From positions 9,393 to 73,392 of the forward strand of contig CAZMPJ010000007.1 in the NCBI GenBank assembly GCA_964568455.1: a stretch of 64,000 nt of DNA. The letters are read 5' to 3'. This DNA is from an uncultured bacterium. GTDB taxonomy: Bacteria > Margulisbacteria > WOR-1 > O2-12-FULL-45-9. How positions within the stretch are numbered: the first letter of the stretch is position 1; each line of letters begins with the position of its first letter. Shown in pieces: positions 56,175 to 64,000 of the stretch. Both the position numbers and the translations under genes were made by a program. Under the pieces are notes generated by a model, which saw nothing but the letters and a program-made list of their open reading frames with translations, had not been told where the DNA came from and searched no databases.

Positions 56175-57173
56175 ATGCAGAAATTAAAAGAGTTATGGCA
56201 GAATAAAAAAGTTAGGCTTGGGACTTATATTTTTGGGATTTTTATTTTATTAATTATGATTTTACGTAGTTGTACTGGCGGGATCAAAATTGATGTGGCC
56301 GAAGCAAAGATAGCTAATCTTTTTACTACTGTTTCTGTTTCTGGTATGGTTAAATCTAATTCTGTTGACCTTGGCAGTGCTCAAATGGCAGGCAGAGTTG
56401 ACTGGATTGGAGTTAAAGAGGGGGACAAAGTTAGACAAGGGCAGCTTTTAATGACCTTTGATGGTTATGATCAGGTTAAAAAAGAATATGACCGTTTAAG
56501 GTCTTTGCATGCTAAAGGCTTTGTCAGTGATTTAGAACTGGAAAAAGCAAGAACCGCGGTAAAAAATGCTAGTGTGGTTGCGCCTATTGCAGGAGTTGTG
56601 ACTGATAGGGCAGTGGATGTGGGAGAGTCTGTTTCTCCAGGATATTCGGTAATGACGGTGGTTGATACTGATAATCCCTGGTCTGAAATTCAGATTGACG
56701 AAGTAGATATTGCTAAAGTTAAAATTGGCCAAAAAGTTAAGCTTACTACCGATGCTTTTCAGGATAAAGAAGTTTACGGAGAAATTATTTGGCTTAACAA
56801 AGAAGCAGAACTTAAAAAAGTGGGGGGGCGGGTAAGGCCGGATGAGGAAGATTTAGTTTTTAGAGCAAAAGTTAAATTTCAAGACGACGAAAAAATGTTA
56901 AAACCAGGTATGTCGGTTTATGCCGAGGTAATTGTTGGTGAAAAAAAGAATGTTTTAACTGTTTCAAGAAATGCGGTTACTTTACGAAGCGGGAAAAAGG
57001 TAGTCTTTGTGTTGAAAGGTAGAAGAGTGAAAGAGATTGAAGTGAAAATAGGAGCAAAAGACATTGAAAAAGTTGAAGTTAATTCTGGCCTTGCAAAAGG
57101 AGAAAAAGTTGCAGTTTCTAATCTAGATGATCTAAAAAACAACAGCAAGGTTAAGGTTAATAACAAAAAATGA
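56175..57173 (+). CDS. HlyD/MacA-type periplasmic adaptor (membrane fusion protein)
   Basis: N-terminal TM anchor, biotinyl/lipoyl-like hairpin and beta-barrel regions. 332 aa. Confidence 0.8.
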   Translation: MQKLKELWQNKKVRLGTYIFGIFILLIMILRSCTGGIKIDVAEAKIANLFTTVSVSGMVKSNSVDLGSAQMAGRVDWIGVKEGDKVRQGQLLMTFDGYDQVKKEYDRLRSLHAKGFVSDLELEKARTAVKNASVVAPIAGVVTDRAVDVGESVSPGYSVMTVVDTDNPWSEIQIDEVDIAKVKIGQKVKLTTDAFQDKEVYGEIIWLNKEAELKKVGGRVRPDEEDLVFRAKVKFQDDEKMLKPGMSVYAEVIVGEKKNVLTVSRNAVTLRSGKKVVFVLKGRRVKEIEVKIGAKDIEKVEVNSGLAKGEKVAVSNLDDLKNNSKVKVNNKK

Positions 57174-57853
57174 CAGCAGTTGTTCAAGTAAAAGATTTAT
57201 TTAAAATTTATAAAATGGGGGAAGTAGAGGTTCAGGCGGTTAGAGGAATTAATCTTGATATTGAGAAAGCAAACTTTACTTCTATTGTCGGGCCTTCTGG
57301 TTGCGGCAAATCAACCTTAATGCATATTCTTGGCTGCCTTGACCGGCCGACCTCTGGGAAAATATATTTAGAAGGAACCGATATTTCTACTTTAACCGAT
57401 GATGAATTGGCTTATATCCGCAGCCGCAAAATTGGTTTTGTGTTCCAGACTTTTAATTTATTACCCAAAATAACTGCAGTTGAAAATGTGGAGCTGCCTT
57501 TGGCTTATAGTGGAGTTCTTCCCCAAGATAGAAGAAAAAAAGCTATGAGTATTTTAGAAAAAGTTGGTTTAGCTGCTCGGGCCGAGCATACTCCACCAGA
57601 GCTTTCTGGTGGACAGCGTCAAAGAGTAGCAATTGCCAGAGCTTTGGTTAATGATCCTTCTATTATTTTGGCGGATGAGCCAACGGGAAACTTAGATTCA
57701 AAATCTGGTGAAGATGTGATGTCTTTGTTTAAACAATTAGATTCTGAAGGGGTAACCATTATCATGGTGACGCATAATACTGATTTAGCCAGACGCTGTG
57801 AACGCAGCATCCACTTAAAAGACGGGCAAATCATTTCAGATGAAAATCACTGA
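57170..57853 (+). CDS. ABC transporter ATP-binding protein (MacB/LolD type)
   Basis: Walker A GPSGCGKST, signature LSGGQRQR, Walker B ILADEPT. Confidence 0.9.
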   Translation: MTAVVQVKDLFKIYKMGEVEVQAVRGINLDIEKANFTSIVGPSGCGKSTLMHILGCLDRPTSGKIYLEGTDISTLTDDELAYIRSRKIGFVFQTFNLLPKITAVENVELPLAYSGVLPQDRRKKAMSILEKVGLAARAEHTPPELSGGQRQRVAIARALVNDPSIILADEPTGNLDSKSGEDVMSLFKQLDSEGVTIIMVTHNTDLARRCERSIHLKDGQIISDENH

Positions 57854-59048
57854 AAGTTTCCCAATAGCAATAATATCTCTTAAAACTAATCCTTTGCGTA
57901 GTATTCTTACCATGCTAGGAGTAATTATTGGAGTTTTTATTGTTATTACCATGGTTAGTATGGGAGCTGGCGCTAAGAGTTTTATTTATCAACAAATGAG
58001 TTCCTGGGGGCTGGGGGCTAACTCTATCGGTCTCTATGGCGCGCCGCCAGCAGAGCAACAGGGTTTAGGCATGGTTGCTGCTATGACCAAATCTTCTATA
58101 ACTTATCGTGATATCGAAGCTATCCAGACAAAAGTTAAGAATGTTAGCTATGTTTGTCCGTCAATTATGGGGGCGGGGGAGTTGATCTATGGTAAGACCA
58201 AATACCAAACCCCCATGCTCATTGGTACTAACCAGGATTTTTCAAAGTTAGTTGAGGGCTTAGCTGCACAAGGCCGCTTTATAAATTTAAATGATGTGCT
58301 TTATAGGAAAAGGGTGATTTTTCTGGGGCAGAGTATTATTAAGAAATTTTTTGGTGTGTTTCCTGCTATTGGTGAAGAAATTAAACTTAATGGAACCAGT
58401 TTTAAAGTGATTGGTAAGATGAAAAAGATGAGCTCAATGATGGGCATGGATTTTAACGAAATGGTTATTATTCCTATTACTACGGCGGAAGATGTTTTAA
58501 AAACTAGCGAAATCATGGAAACTTGGATAGGCGCTGCTGATCCGGAGCTGGTGCCGCAGGTGGTTAAGGAGCTTAAAGCTTTGCTGATGAAGCGGCATGG
58601 CAAAGAGGATTTTCAGATCCGCGTTGCTACGGATATGCTGAAAACTATTGATCAGACCATGGCGGCTATAACCCTGGCCATCTCTGCCATTGCGGCTATT
58701 TCTCTTTTGGTTGGTTCAATTGGTATTATGAACATTATGTTGGTTTCAGTAACCGAGCGCACCCGCGAAATCGGCATTAGAAAGTCTGTGGGGGCGCGGC
58801 ACTTGGATATCTTTTTCCAATTTGTGGTTGAATCAGTTTTAATTTCTTCACTTGGTGGGGTGATTGGGATTGTTTTGAGCAGTATGGTGTTATTTATAAT
58901 TGGAAAATTTATTAATTTGGCTTTAACCCCGTCGCTACCGGCAGTAATTGCTGGTTTTTTAGTGGCGACAATTGTTGGGGTGTTTTCCGGTGTATATCCT
59001 GCGATGCGTGCGGCTAAATTAGATCCAGTTGAGGCTTTAAGAGGATAA
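57840..59048 (+). CDS. ABC transporter permease, FtsX/MacB family (1 of 2)
   Basis: 402 aa. N-terminal TM, large periplasmic MacB-like domain, C-terminal FtsX 3-TM module (SERTREIGIRKSVGA). Confidence 0.85.
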   Translation: MKITESFPIAIISLKTNPLRSILTMLGVIIGVFIVITMVSMGAGAKSFIYQQMSSWGLGANSIGLYGAPPAEQQGLGMVAAMTKSSITYRDIEAIQTKVKNVSYVCPSIMGAGELIYGKTKYQTPMLIGTNQDFSKLVEGLAAQGRFINLNDVLYRKRVIFLGQSIIKKFFGVFPAIGEEIKLNGTSFKVIGKMKKMSSMMGMDFNEMVIIPITTAEDVLKTSEIMETWIGAADPELVPQVVKELKALLMKRHGKEDFQIRVATDMLKTIDQTMAAITLAISAIAAISLLVGSIGIMNIMLVSVTERTREIGIRKSVGARHLDIFFQFVVESVLISSLGGVIGIVLSSMVLFIIGKFINLALTPSLPAVIAGFLVATIVGVFSGVYPAMRAAKLDPVEALRG

Positions 59049-59049
59049 G

Positions 59050-60243
59050 ATGAACATTAACGAACTATTTAAAATGGCAATCCGCAGTATTTTTTCTAAT
59101 AAAATGCGTAGTTTATTAACTATGCTGGGGATTGTTATTGGTATTTTTTCGGTAATTACCTTGGTAACAATGGGGGAGAGCTTAAAAGCTTATATGGTTG
59201 AGCGTATTGCGGCAATGGGGGTGGGGGCTAATTATTTGGAGATCCATGCGGGTAAAGAAGGCGGAATAATGACCATGATTGGGGGCGAGATTACTTATCA
59301 AGATGCTAAGGCAATTGAGCAAAGGGCAGAGCATGTTATCAGTGTTGATCCACGCATTATCCGGCCAGGAAAATTTATTTATGGCCGCAATTCATTTAAT
59401 TGTTCAGCTGTGATGGGTTTGTCACCGGCTTTTCTTGATCAAATTAATTGGGAAGTGGCGCAAGGCCGGTTTCTGTCTGAAATTGACGTGGATATGCACC
59501 GCCGGGTTTGCGTTTTAGGCCGCAATATTGCGAAGAAATTATTTGGTGGTTTTTCTCCTATTGGCGAAAGGGTGAAGTTGGATGGCACTAATTTAACAGT
59601 TATTGGGGTAATGGCTGAATTTGGTTCTATGATGGGGATTACTTATGATGATTTTGCGGTTATACCTGCAACCACAGCAGAAGATATTTTTGATATAAGC
59701 AAGCTAATGGAAATCGGTGTATTAGCCAGTTCTCAAGATACAGTTCCTCAGGCCGTAGTAGAGATAACCGAGATTCTTGAGCAGCGGCATGGTCAGGTTG
59801 ATTTTCGTATTGATACTTCTGAAGAAAGCATGGCCATGCTTGATACTATTCTTAATGCTTTAACTGGTATTGTTGTTGGCATTGCGGCAATTTCTCTTCT
59901 GGTAGGAGGGATTGGTATTGCTAATATTATGCTGGTTTCGGTAACCGAGCGTACCCGAGAGATTGGGGTGAGAAAAGCCATTGGCGCAAAAACTAAAGAT
60001 ATTGTGTCTCAATTTTTAGTTGAAGCAGTTATCATTAGTTTAATCGGGGGATTAATAGGTATTCTTTCAGCAGTGATAATCTCTTCGCTGTTAATGATGG
60101 CAATTGGCTTCCCGATTAAATTTTCTATTACTTCTATAGTACTGGCCACTTCTGTGTCTATTATTGTGGGAGTGGTTTCAGGTGTTTATCCGGCTATGAA
60201 GGCAGGTAAGATGGATCCAGTAGAAGCACTGCGCTACGAATGA
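59050..60243 (+). CDS. ABC transporter permease, FtsX/MacB family (2 of 2)
   Basis: 397 aa paralog of the preceding gene (SVTERTREIGVRKAIGA). Confidence 0.85.
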   Translation: MNINELFKMAIRSIFSNKMRSLLTMLGIVIGIFSVITLVTMGESLKAYMVERIAAMGVGANYLEIHAGKEGGIMTMIGGEITYQDAKAIEQRAEHVISVDPRIIRPGKFIYGRNSFNCSAVMGLSPAFLDQINWEVAQGRFLSEIDVDMHRRVCVLGRNIAKKLFGGFSPIGERVKLDGTNLTVIGVMAEFGSMMGITYDDFAVIPATTAEDIFDISKLMEIGVLASSQDTVPQAVVEITEILEQRHGQVDFRIDTSEESMAMLDTILNALTGIVVGIAAISLLVGGIGIANIMLVSVTERTREIGVRKAIGAKTKDIVSQFLVEAVIISLIGGLIGILSAVIISSLLMMAIGFPIKFSITSIVLATSVSIIVGVVSGVYPAMKAGKMDPVEALRYE

Positions 60244-60668
60244 TTTTTTAATTCCTTGTCCAACGCTTCTTTAACGTTCTTATCAAAATCAACGTAAGTA
60301 TTAACTGTTTTTCCGTTTTTATCAATTAATACCATAGTAGGGATGATGAGGATTTTAAATTCTTTTATGCTTTTTAGTTTTTTATCGTGAATGATAGTAA
60401 GATCAATTTTATTTTCTTTGATGAATTTTTCTAGCTTGTCTAGTTTGCGATCAAAAGCTATGCCAATAATTTTAATATCTTTGTGTTTTTTGGCTATTTC
60501 GTTCAAGAAGATGATTTCTTCCCTACAAGGATTACTCCAGCTAGCAAAAAAGCTGATCAAAACCGGGCCTTTTTCGGTAAGATTATCTAAATTAATATCA
60601 GCGGGCTTGGCCATAGCAATTGAAGAAAACAGGATTAAACAAACAATTATGATTGCTTTTTTAAACAT
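60234..60668 (-). CDS. secreted thioredoxin-fold protein (TlpA/redoxin-like) with an atypical S-x-x-C motif
   Basis: Signal peptide MFKKAIIIVCLILFSSIAMA. FFASWSNPC where the canonical WCxxC has Ser in place of the first Cys. The track ORF extends to 60749 but would overlap the trxB end; ATG at 60668. Confidence 0.65.
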   Translation of the reverse strand: MFKKAIIIVCLILFSSIAMAKPADINLDNLTEKGPVLISFFASWSNPCREEIIFLNEIAKKHKDIKIIGIAFDRKLDKLEKFIKENKIDLTIIHDKKLKSIKEFKILIIPTMVLIDKNGKTVNTYVDFDKNVKEALDKELKNHS

Positions 60669-60699
60669 TTGTTTTAGTATACTCCGCCCAATTAAAATG

Positions 60700-61671
60700 T
60701 CAACATTCCTCAATGTATTCTCGAGCAGACTCCGCAGCAATAGCACCATCGGCAGCAGCAGTTACAATTTGGCGCAATTTTTTACTTCTGATATCACCGG
60801 CCGCATAAACTCCATTGCAAGAGGTTTTCATTTCTTTATCTGTGATTATAAACCCATTTTTATCTAATTTTACCAAGTCTTTAACTGGTCCATTATTTGG
60901 GTTGCTGCCAATATAAACAAAAACCCCATCAATAGCTAGATTTAAAGGCTTTTTATCTTTTAAATCTTTTAAAATGACACTGTTTACTTTCTTATCACCT
61001 TTAATTTCTGCTACTACTGAATGCCAAAAAAAGTAAATTTTTGGATTGGCCATGGCTTTTTCCGCTAAAATTTTATCAGCCCTGAGTTGATCTCTGCGAT
61101 GGACAATCGAAACCTTGCTAGCGTAGCGGGTTAAAAATAAAGCTTCTTCAATAGCGGAATTGCCTCCGCCAACCACCATAACATTTTTTTCCTTGTAAAA
61201 AGCGCCGTCGCAGGTAGCGCAATAAGAAACTCCGCGGCCACGGAATTCTTCTTCTCCAGGCACGCTTAGTTTTTCCGCTTCAGTGCCAGAAGCAATGATT
61301 ATTGCTTTAGCATTTAATCTTTTCTCATTTACTTGTACTTCAAAATTTTGTTTTTGTTTGGTTACTTTAATGGCTTGTCCCCAGGTTACGTCCAGCCCTA
61401 GTTTTTTTGCTTGATCTTGCAAACGATTGCTAAGCTCCATGCCAGAAACACCATCAGGGAAACCAGGATAATTTTCAATAAAGTAAGTAGTAGAGGCCAT
61501 GCCGCCTAAGATCATTTTTTCTACCAGCAACACTTTTAATCTTGCCCGCATAGCGTAGATAGCGGAGGTCAAGCCAGCCGGCCCACCGCCAATAATAATC
61601 AAATCAAGATTGGGGTTTTGTTTTACCGGTTTCAGCTTTGCTTTTGGTCTGGTTTTTAATTGCAAACTCAT
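60700..61671 (-). CDS. trxB: thioredoxin-disulfide reductase (second copy)
   Basis: IIIGGGPAG, CATCDG, GGGNSA. 323 aa with a 20-aa basic N-terminal extension. Confidence 0.88.
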   Translation of the reverse strand: MSLQLKTRPKAKLKPVKQNPNLDLIIIGGGPAGLTSAIYAMRARLKVLLVEKMILGGMASTTYFIENYPGFPDGVSGMELSNRLQDQAKKLGLDVTWGQAIKVTKQKQNFEVQVNEKRLNAKAIIIASGTEAEKLSVPGEEEFRGRGVSYCATCDGAFYKEKNVMVVGGGNSAIEEALFLTRYASKVSIVHRRDQLRADKILAEKAMANPKIYFFWHSVVAEIKGDKKVNSVILKDLKDKKPLNLAIDGVFVYIGSNPNNGPVKDLVKLDKNGFIITDKEMKTSCNGVYAAGDIRSKKLRQIVTAAADGAIAAESAREYIEEC

Positions 61672-62684
61672 TGTTCTAAAATACCTTCTTCGGAAATTAC
61701 AATTTTACCTTTTCCAGCTACAGAAATTTTTTGATCTTTAAGATTAACCCTTATTTTTTTACCCTTAAGCCGATTTTCTCCTTGTTTAGCCTGTGCGTTG
61801 CCGATAATTTCAACGATTTCATCATCAATATAATAATTTGCGCTATTACCCCAAGCCACAATATCTTTATAAGTAATTTTAGCTCTTCCGTTTAAGTTTA
61901 AAACACGTTCTTTTTGATTATATTTTATGAATTGGGCTAAAATTATAGCTTCTTTCCAGATAATTTGGGGGCTGCCTTTTGCCAGAATTAAATTTTCTTT
62001 GCTCCTGATTTCAAATATTTTTGCCTCTAAAGTGCTGGGAGTGCTATTTTCTTGTTGGATGATAATTTTAGGTTTATTTTCCAAAACCACTTTTTCAAAA
62101 CCAACATCTCCCTCCAGCTTGCCGCAGTAACCGGTTACTTCTCCCTTGGTAAGACGAATATTGCCTGTGCAAAGCAACTTTTGGTCGTCAACTTTCCAGC
62201 TTAAGTTATTTGCTTTAAACCAAAAACTGGATTTTTCTTCGTATATGCGAGGAAGATTGAAAATTGAGAGCTTAGAATTTTCTTTTGAAAGGTCGATTTT
62301 ATCCTTAAGACTGGGATCATAGCCAATTGGCTGATCAAGTAATATTTCTTTCTTTTTCATGTCCCAGAGTGCGGCTGGAGAAGAAAAAAGCAGGGCAGGC
62401 TTTCCGTTTTTAAAAAAAGTGCCTGCTGAATCTTTTAAAGTAGCTAGGTTGGTAGATTTATTAACCAGCGCTTTTTGGGCTTTAAGCTGCCAGTATTTTT
62501 TGCCGTCAACTACTTCTTCAAAGGTTACATCTTTAAAAGCTAAGTCAGCTATTTTTTCCTGCGCTTTCATGGTTTTATGGATTTTTTCAGAAATATCTTG
62601 TTTTGGAGAGAACAGTGCCCAGCTAAATATACCAACGATAAAAATCAAGAAAAATATTAATGTTAAGCGATAACCGAACTTCAT
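61668..62684 (-). CDS. LptC/LptA (OstA N-terminal domain)-like LPS export protein, membrane anchored
   Basis: N-terminal TM anchor, then beta-jellyroll-like repeats (GN..L..G...G). 338 aa. Assignment is tentative. Confidence 0.45.
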   Translation of the reverse strand: MKFGYRLTLIFFLIFIVGIFSWALFSPKQDISEKIHKTMKAQEKIADLAFKDVTFEEVVDGKKYWQLKAQKALVNKSTNLATLKDSAGTFFKNGKPALLFSSPAALWDMKKKEILLDQPIGYDPSLKDKIDLSKENSKLSIFNLPRIYEEKSSFWFKANNLSWKVDDQKLLCTGNIRLTKGEVTGYCGKLEGDVGFEKVVLENKPKIIIQQENSTPSTLEAKIFEIRSKENLILAKGSPQIIWKEAIILAQFIKYNQKERVLNLNGRAKITYKDIVAWGNSANYYIDDEIVEIIGNAQAKQGENRLKGKKIRVNLKDQKISVAGKGKIVISEEGILEQ

Positions 62685-62686
62685 AT

Positions 62687-63310
62687 TTAGTAGCCCAAAG
62701 CTCTAAGCCGGAGGGCCTCCATCCTTTCCATAAAGCCTTTCCACGAATTCCCTTTTTTGTAATAGCCTTCAGATAGTAATAGGTGCAGCGCGGCAACGTT
62801 ACTGTCAATGGTTAGTCCTTTTTTGGCATAATCCATGGCTTTATCAATTTCATTCATTTCACCATATATCAAAGAAATGTAACCATAAGCCCAAACATTG
62901 TAAGGGTCCAGTATTAAAACGTTTTTTAATTCGTGGATCGCTTCTGGCTTTTTATCATTAAAATAATAAGTAAAAGCTAAACGAAAACGTAGTTTCCAGT
63001 CAGCTGGATCATTAGTTACTTTTTTGATATACATGTCCAGGCCTTTTTTCCTAAAACCAGGGTCGGTTTCTACTACTTTTTTTAAATTATTCCAGCCATC
63101 CAGAAAATTATTGCTGTAGGCTTGGGTAATGGCTAAATCAAAATATGCACTAGCGTCGCCGGGGTTTTGCTGAACCGCTGCCTTTTTTTCAGCTAATTCT
63201 TGTTTTAATTCAGGGGTAATGCGCCAAGCGAGGACAGGGGAAGAGCAAACAACAAATAACAAAAAACAAACAATACCAAAATTTAAATAACCAAGCCTTA
63301 AATTTTTCAT
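62687..63310 (-). CDS. secreted tetratricopeptide-repeat protein
   Basis: Signal peptide, then TPR-like A..Y..LA......A repeats. 207 aa. Confidence 0.65.
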   Translation of the reverse strand: MKNLRLGYLNFGIVCFLLFVVCSSPVLAWRITPELKQELAEKKAAVQQNPGDASAYFDLAITQAYSNNFLDGWNNLKKVVETDPGFRKKGLDMYIKKVTNDPADWKLRFRLAFTYYFNDKKPEAIHELKNVLILDPYNVWAYGYISLIYGEMNEIDKAMDYAKKGLTIDSNVAALHLLLSEGYYKKGNSWKGFMERMEALRLRALGY

Positions 63311-64000
63311 TGTTTAGATAGAATCCTTTCTACAATATTAGTAGTGGATCTTCCTTTGATTGGTGGGATAATGATTACTTTACCGCCTAAAGATTCAACT
63401 AGTTTTCTTTCCGGCAGTTGACTTAATTTATAATCTCCGCCTTTGATGTGAATATTAGGTTTAATCACCTTGATTAAATTATCTGGTCTAAGATCTGAAA
63501 AAAGCACCACATAATCTACACATTCAAGCGAAGCTAAAACTTCTGCCCTTTCCAGTTCTGATACATAGGGCCTTGAAGTGCCTTTTAGTTTTTTAACCGA
63601 AGCATCTGTATTTAAACCTACTACTAAAATATCACCCATTTTTTTGGCTTCTCTTAAATATCTTACATGTCCCAGATGTAAAATATCAAAACAGCCATTA
63701 GTAAAAACGATTCTGGCGTTTTGCAGTTTTAAATTTTTAACAATAGCAGAGATTTCGGTTTTTGATTTTATTTTTCGGGCAGCCAGTTCTTGACCTTCTA
63801 AAGCAGTTTCCAATTCTTCTCTTAAACAGGGTGCAGTACTGATTTTCCCAATTACCACCGAAGCGGCTGCATTGGCTAACATAGCAGCCTCAATTAAAGT
63901 AGCTTTTGCAGCACAAGCCAGGGTAAGAGTTGAAATAACTGTATCTCCGGCACCGGAGACATCAAATACTTCTTTGGGAATAGAGGCAATATTGGTTATG
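63307..64000 (-). CDS. hldE: bifunctional D-beta-D-heptose 7-phosphate kinase / heptose 1-phosphate adenylyltransferase, C-terminal part (5-prime end beyond the window)
   Basis: FTNGCFDILHLGHVRYL cytidylyltransferase motif (domain II). The frame stays open upstream through DVSGAGDTV (PfkB kinase motif) to the window edge. Confidence 0.85.
   Translation of the reverse strand, partial: ITNIASIPKEVFDVSGAGDTVISTLTLACAAKATLIEAAMLANAAASVVIGKISTAPCLREELETALEGQELAARKIKSKTEISAIVKNLKLQNARIVFTNGCFDILHLGHVRYLREAKKMGDILVVGLNTDASVKKLKGTSRPYVSELERAEVLASLECVDYVVLFSDLRPDNLIKVIKPNIHIKGGDYKLSQLPERKLVESLGGKVIIIPPIKGRSTTNIVERILSKQ

Noticed and set aside
60669-60749. N-terminal 27 codons of track ORF 60234..60749
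   Set aside because: They would overlap the end of trxB (60700..61671) on the same strand in another frame. The internal ATG at 60668 yields a clean signal peptide.

Overview
This is an AT-rich window, roughly 35-40% GC by eye. It looks chromosomal, from an anaerobic and probably diderm bacterium, since it carries TolC, an LptC/OstA-like protein and rubredoxin-type oxygen defence genes. About 75 genes are tightly packed, and most are housekeeping or biosynthetic.

Main blocks, in order along the window:
1. An oxidative-stress island: trxB, a rubrerythrin-like protein, desulfoferrodoxin, a flavin reductase-like protein, a 54-aa rubredoxin that the ORF track missed, a flavodiiron protein and rubrerythrin.
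2. A roughly 2.3 kb, single-gene segment at 4685-6928, partly very AT-rich, bracketed by a 46-bp imperfect duplication of the rbr 3-prime end. It encodes a 696-aa protein of unknown function whose C-terminus looks like a clan-CD (caspase/legumain-like) cysteine peptidase. I rank this as the most likely previously undescribed element in the window.
3. An EamA-like and a DUF318-like permease, then an Fe-S Rrf2 regulator (NsrR/IscR-like) in front of a NrdD-C-terminus-like glycyl-radical mini-protein, a ferredoxin-like protein, hcp and an HD-domain protein.
4. A complete biotin cluster, bioBFDA on the minus strand and divergent bioH-bioC.
5. A TPP riboswitch in front of thiG-thiH-thiE; no thiS or thiF is adjacent.
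6. A large sulfur-assimilation supercluster: a CymR-like Rrf2 regulator, a PAPS-reductase-family protein, a PiT-type permease, hemA-hemC-cobA/hemD-hemB-hemL (siroheme supply), a ThiS-CysM fusion with a GGG junction, MetY, a ThiF/MoeZ-type E1, a JAMM protease, a sulfite reductase fused to a TusA-like domain, a ThiI-like PP-loop enzyme lacking a THUMP domain, and metY-metX-metW.
7. A 3D-domain protein, then a LarE-like PP-loop ATPase, a biotin-carboxylase-like ATP-grasp enzyme and an FAD-dependent reductase of the geranylgeranyl reductase family.
8. iscS, then a minus-strand orphan gene sitting in the normally adjacent iscS-mnmA pair, with GC-rich palindromes around it. A related palindrome is inserted in-frame inside mnmA. 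nadA follows.
9. An orphan response regulator, a tRNA with anticodon CAT immediately upstream of tilS, then folP with an N-terminal extension, folK with a lysine-rich tail, tsaE, tsaB, a Kelch-repeat lipoprotein and rimI.
10. A RAYT-type (IS200-like) transposase flanked by REP hairpin arrays.
11. metH lacking the activation domain, a TolC-HlyD-MacB-type efflux system with two FtsX permeases, a thioredoxin-like protein with an SxxC motif, a second trxB, an LptC/OstA-like protein, a TPR protein and a partial hldE.

No CRISPR array or rRNA was seen.
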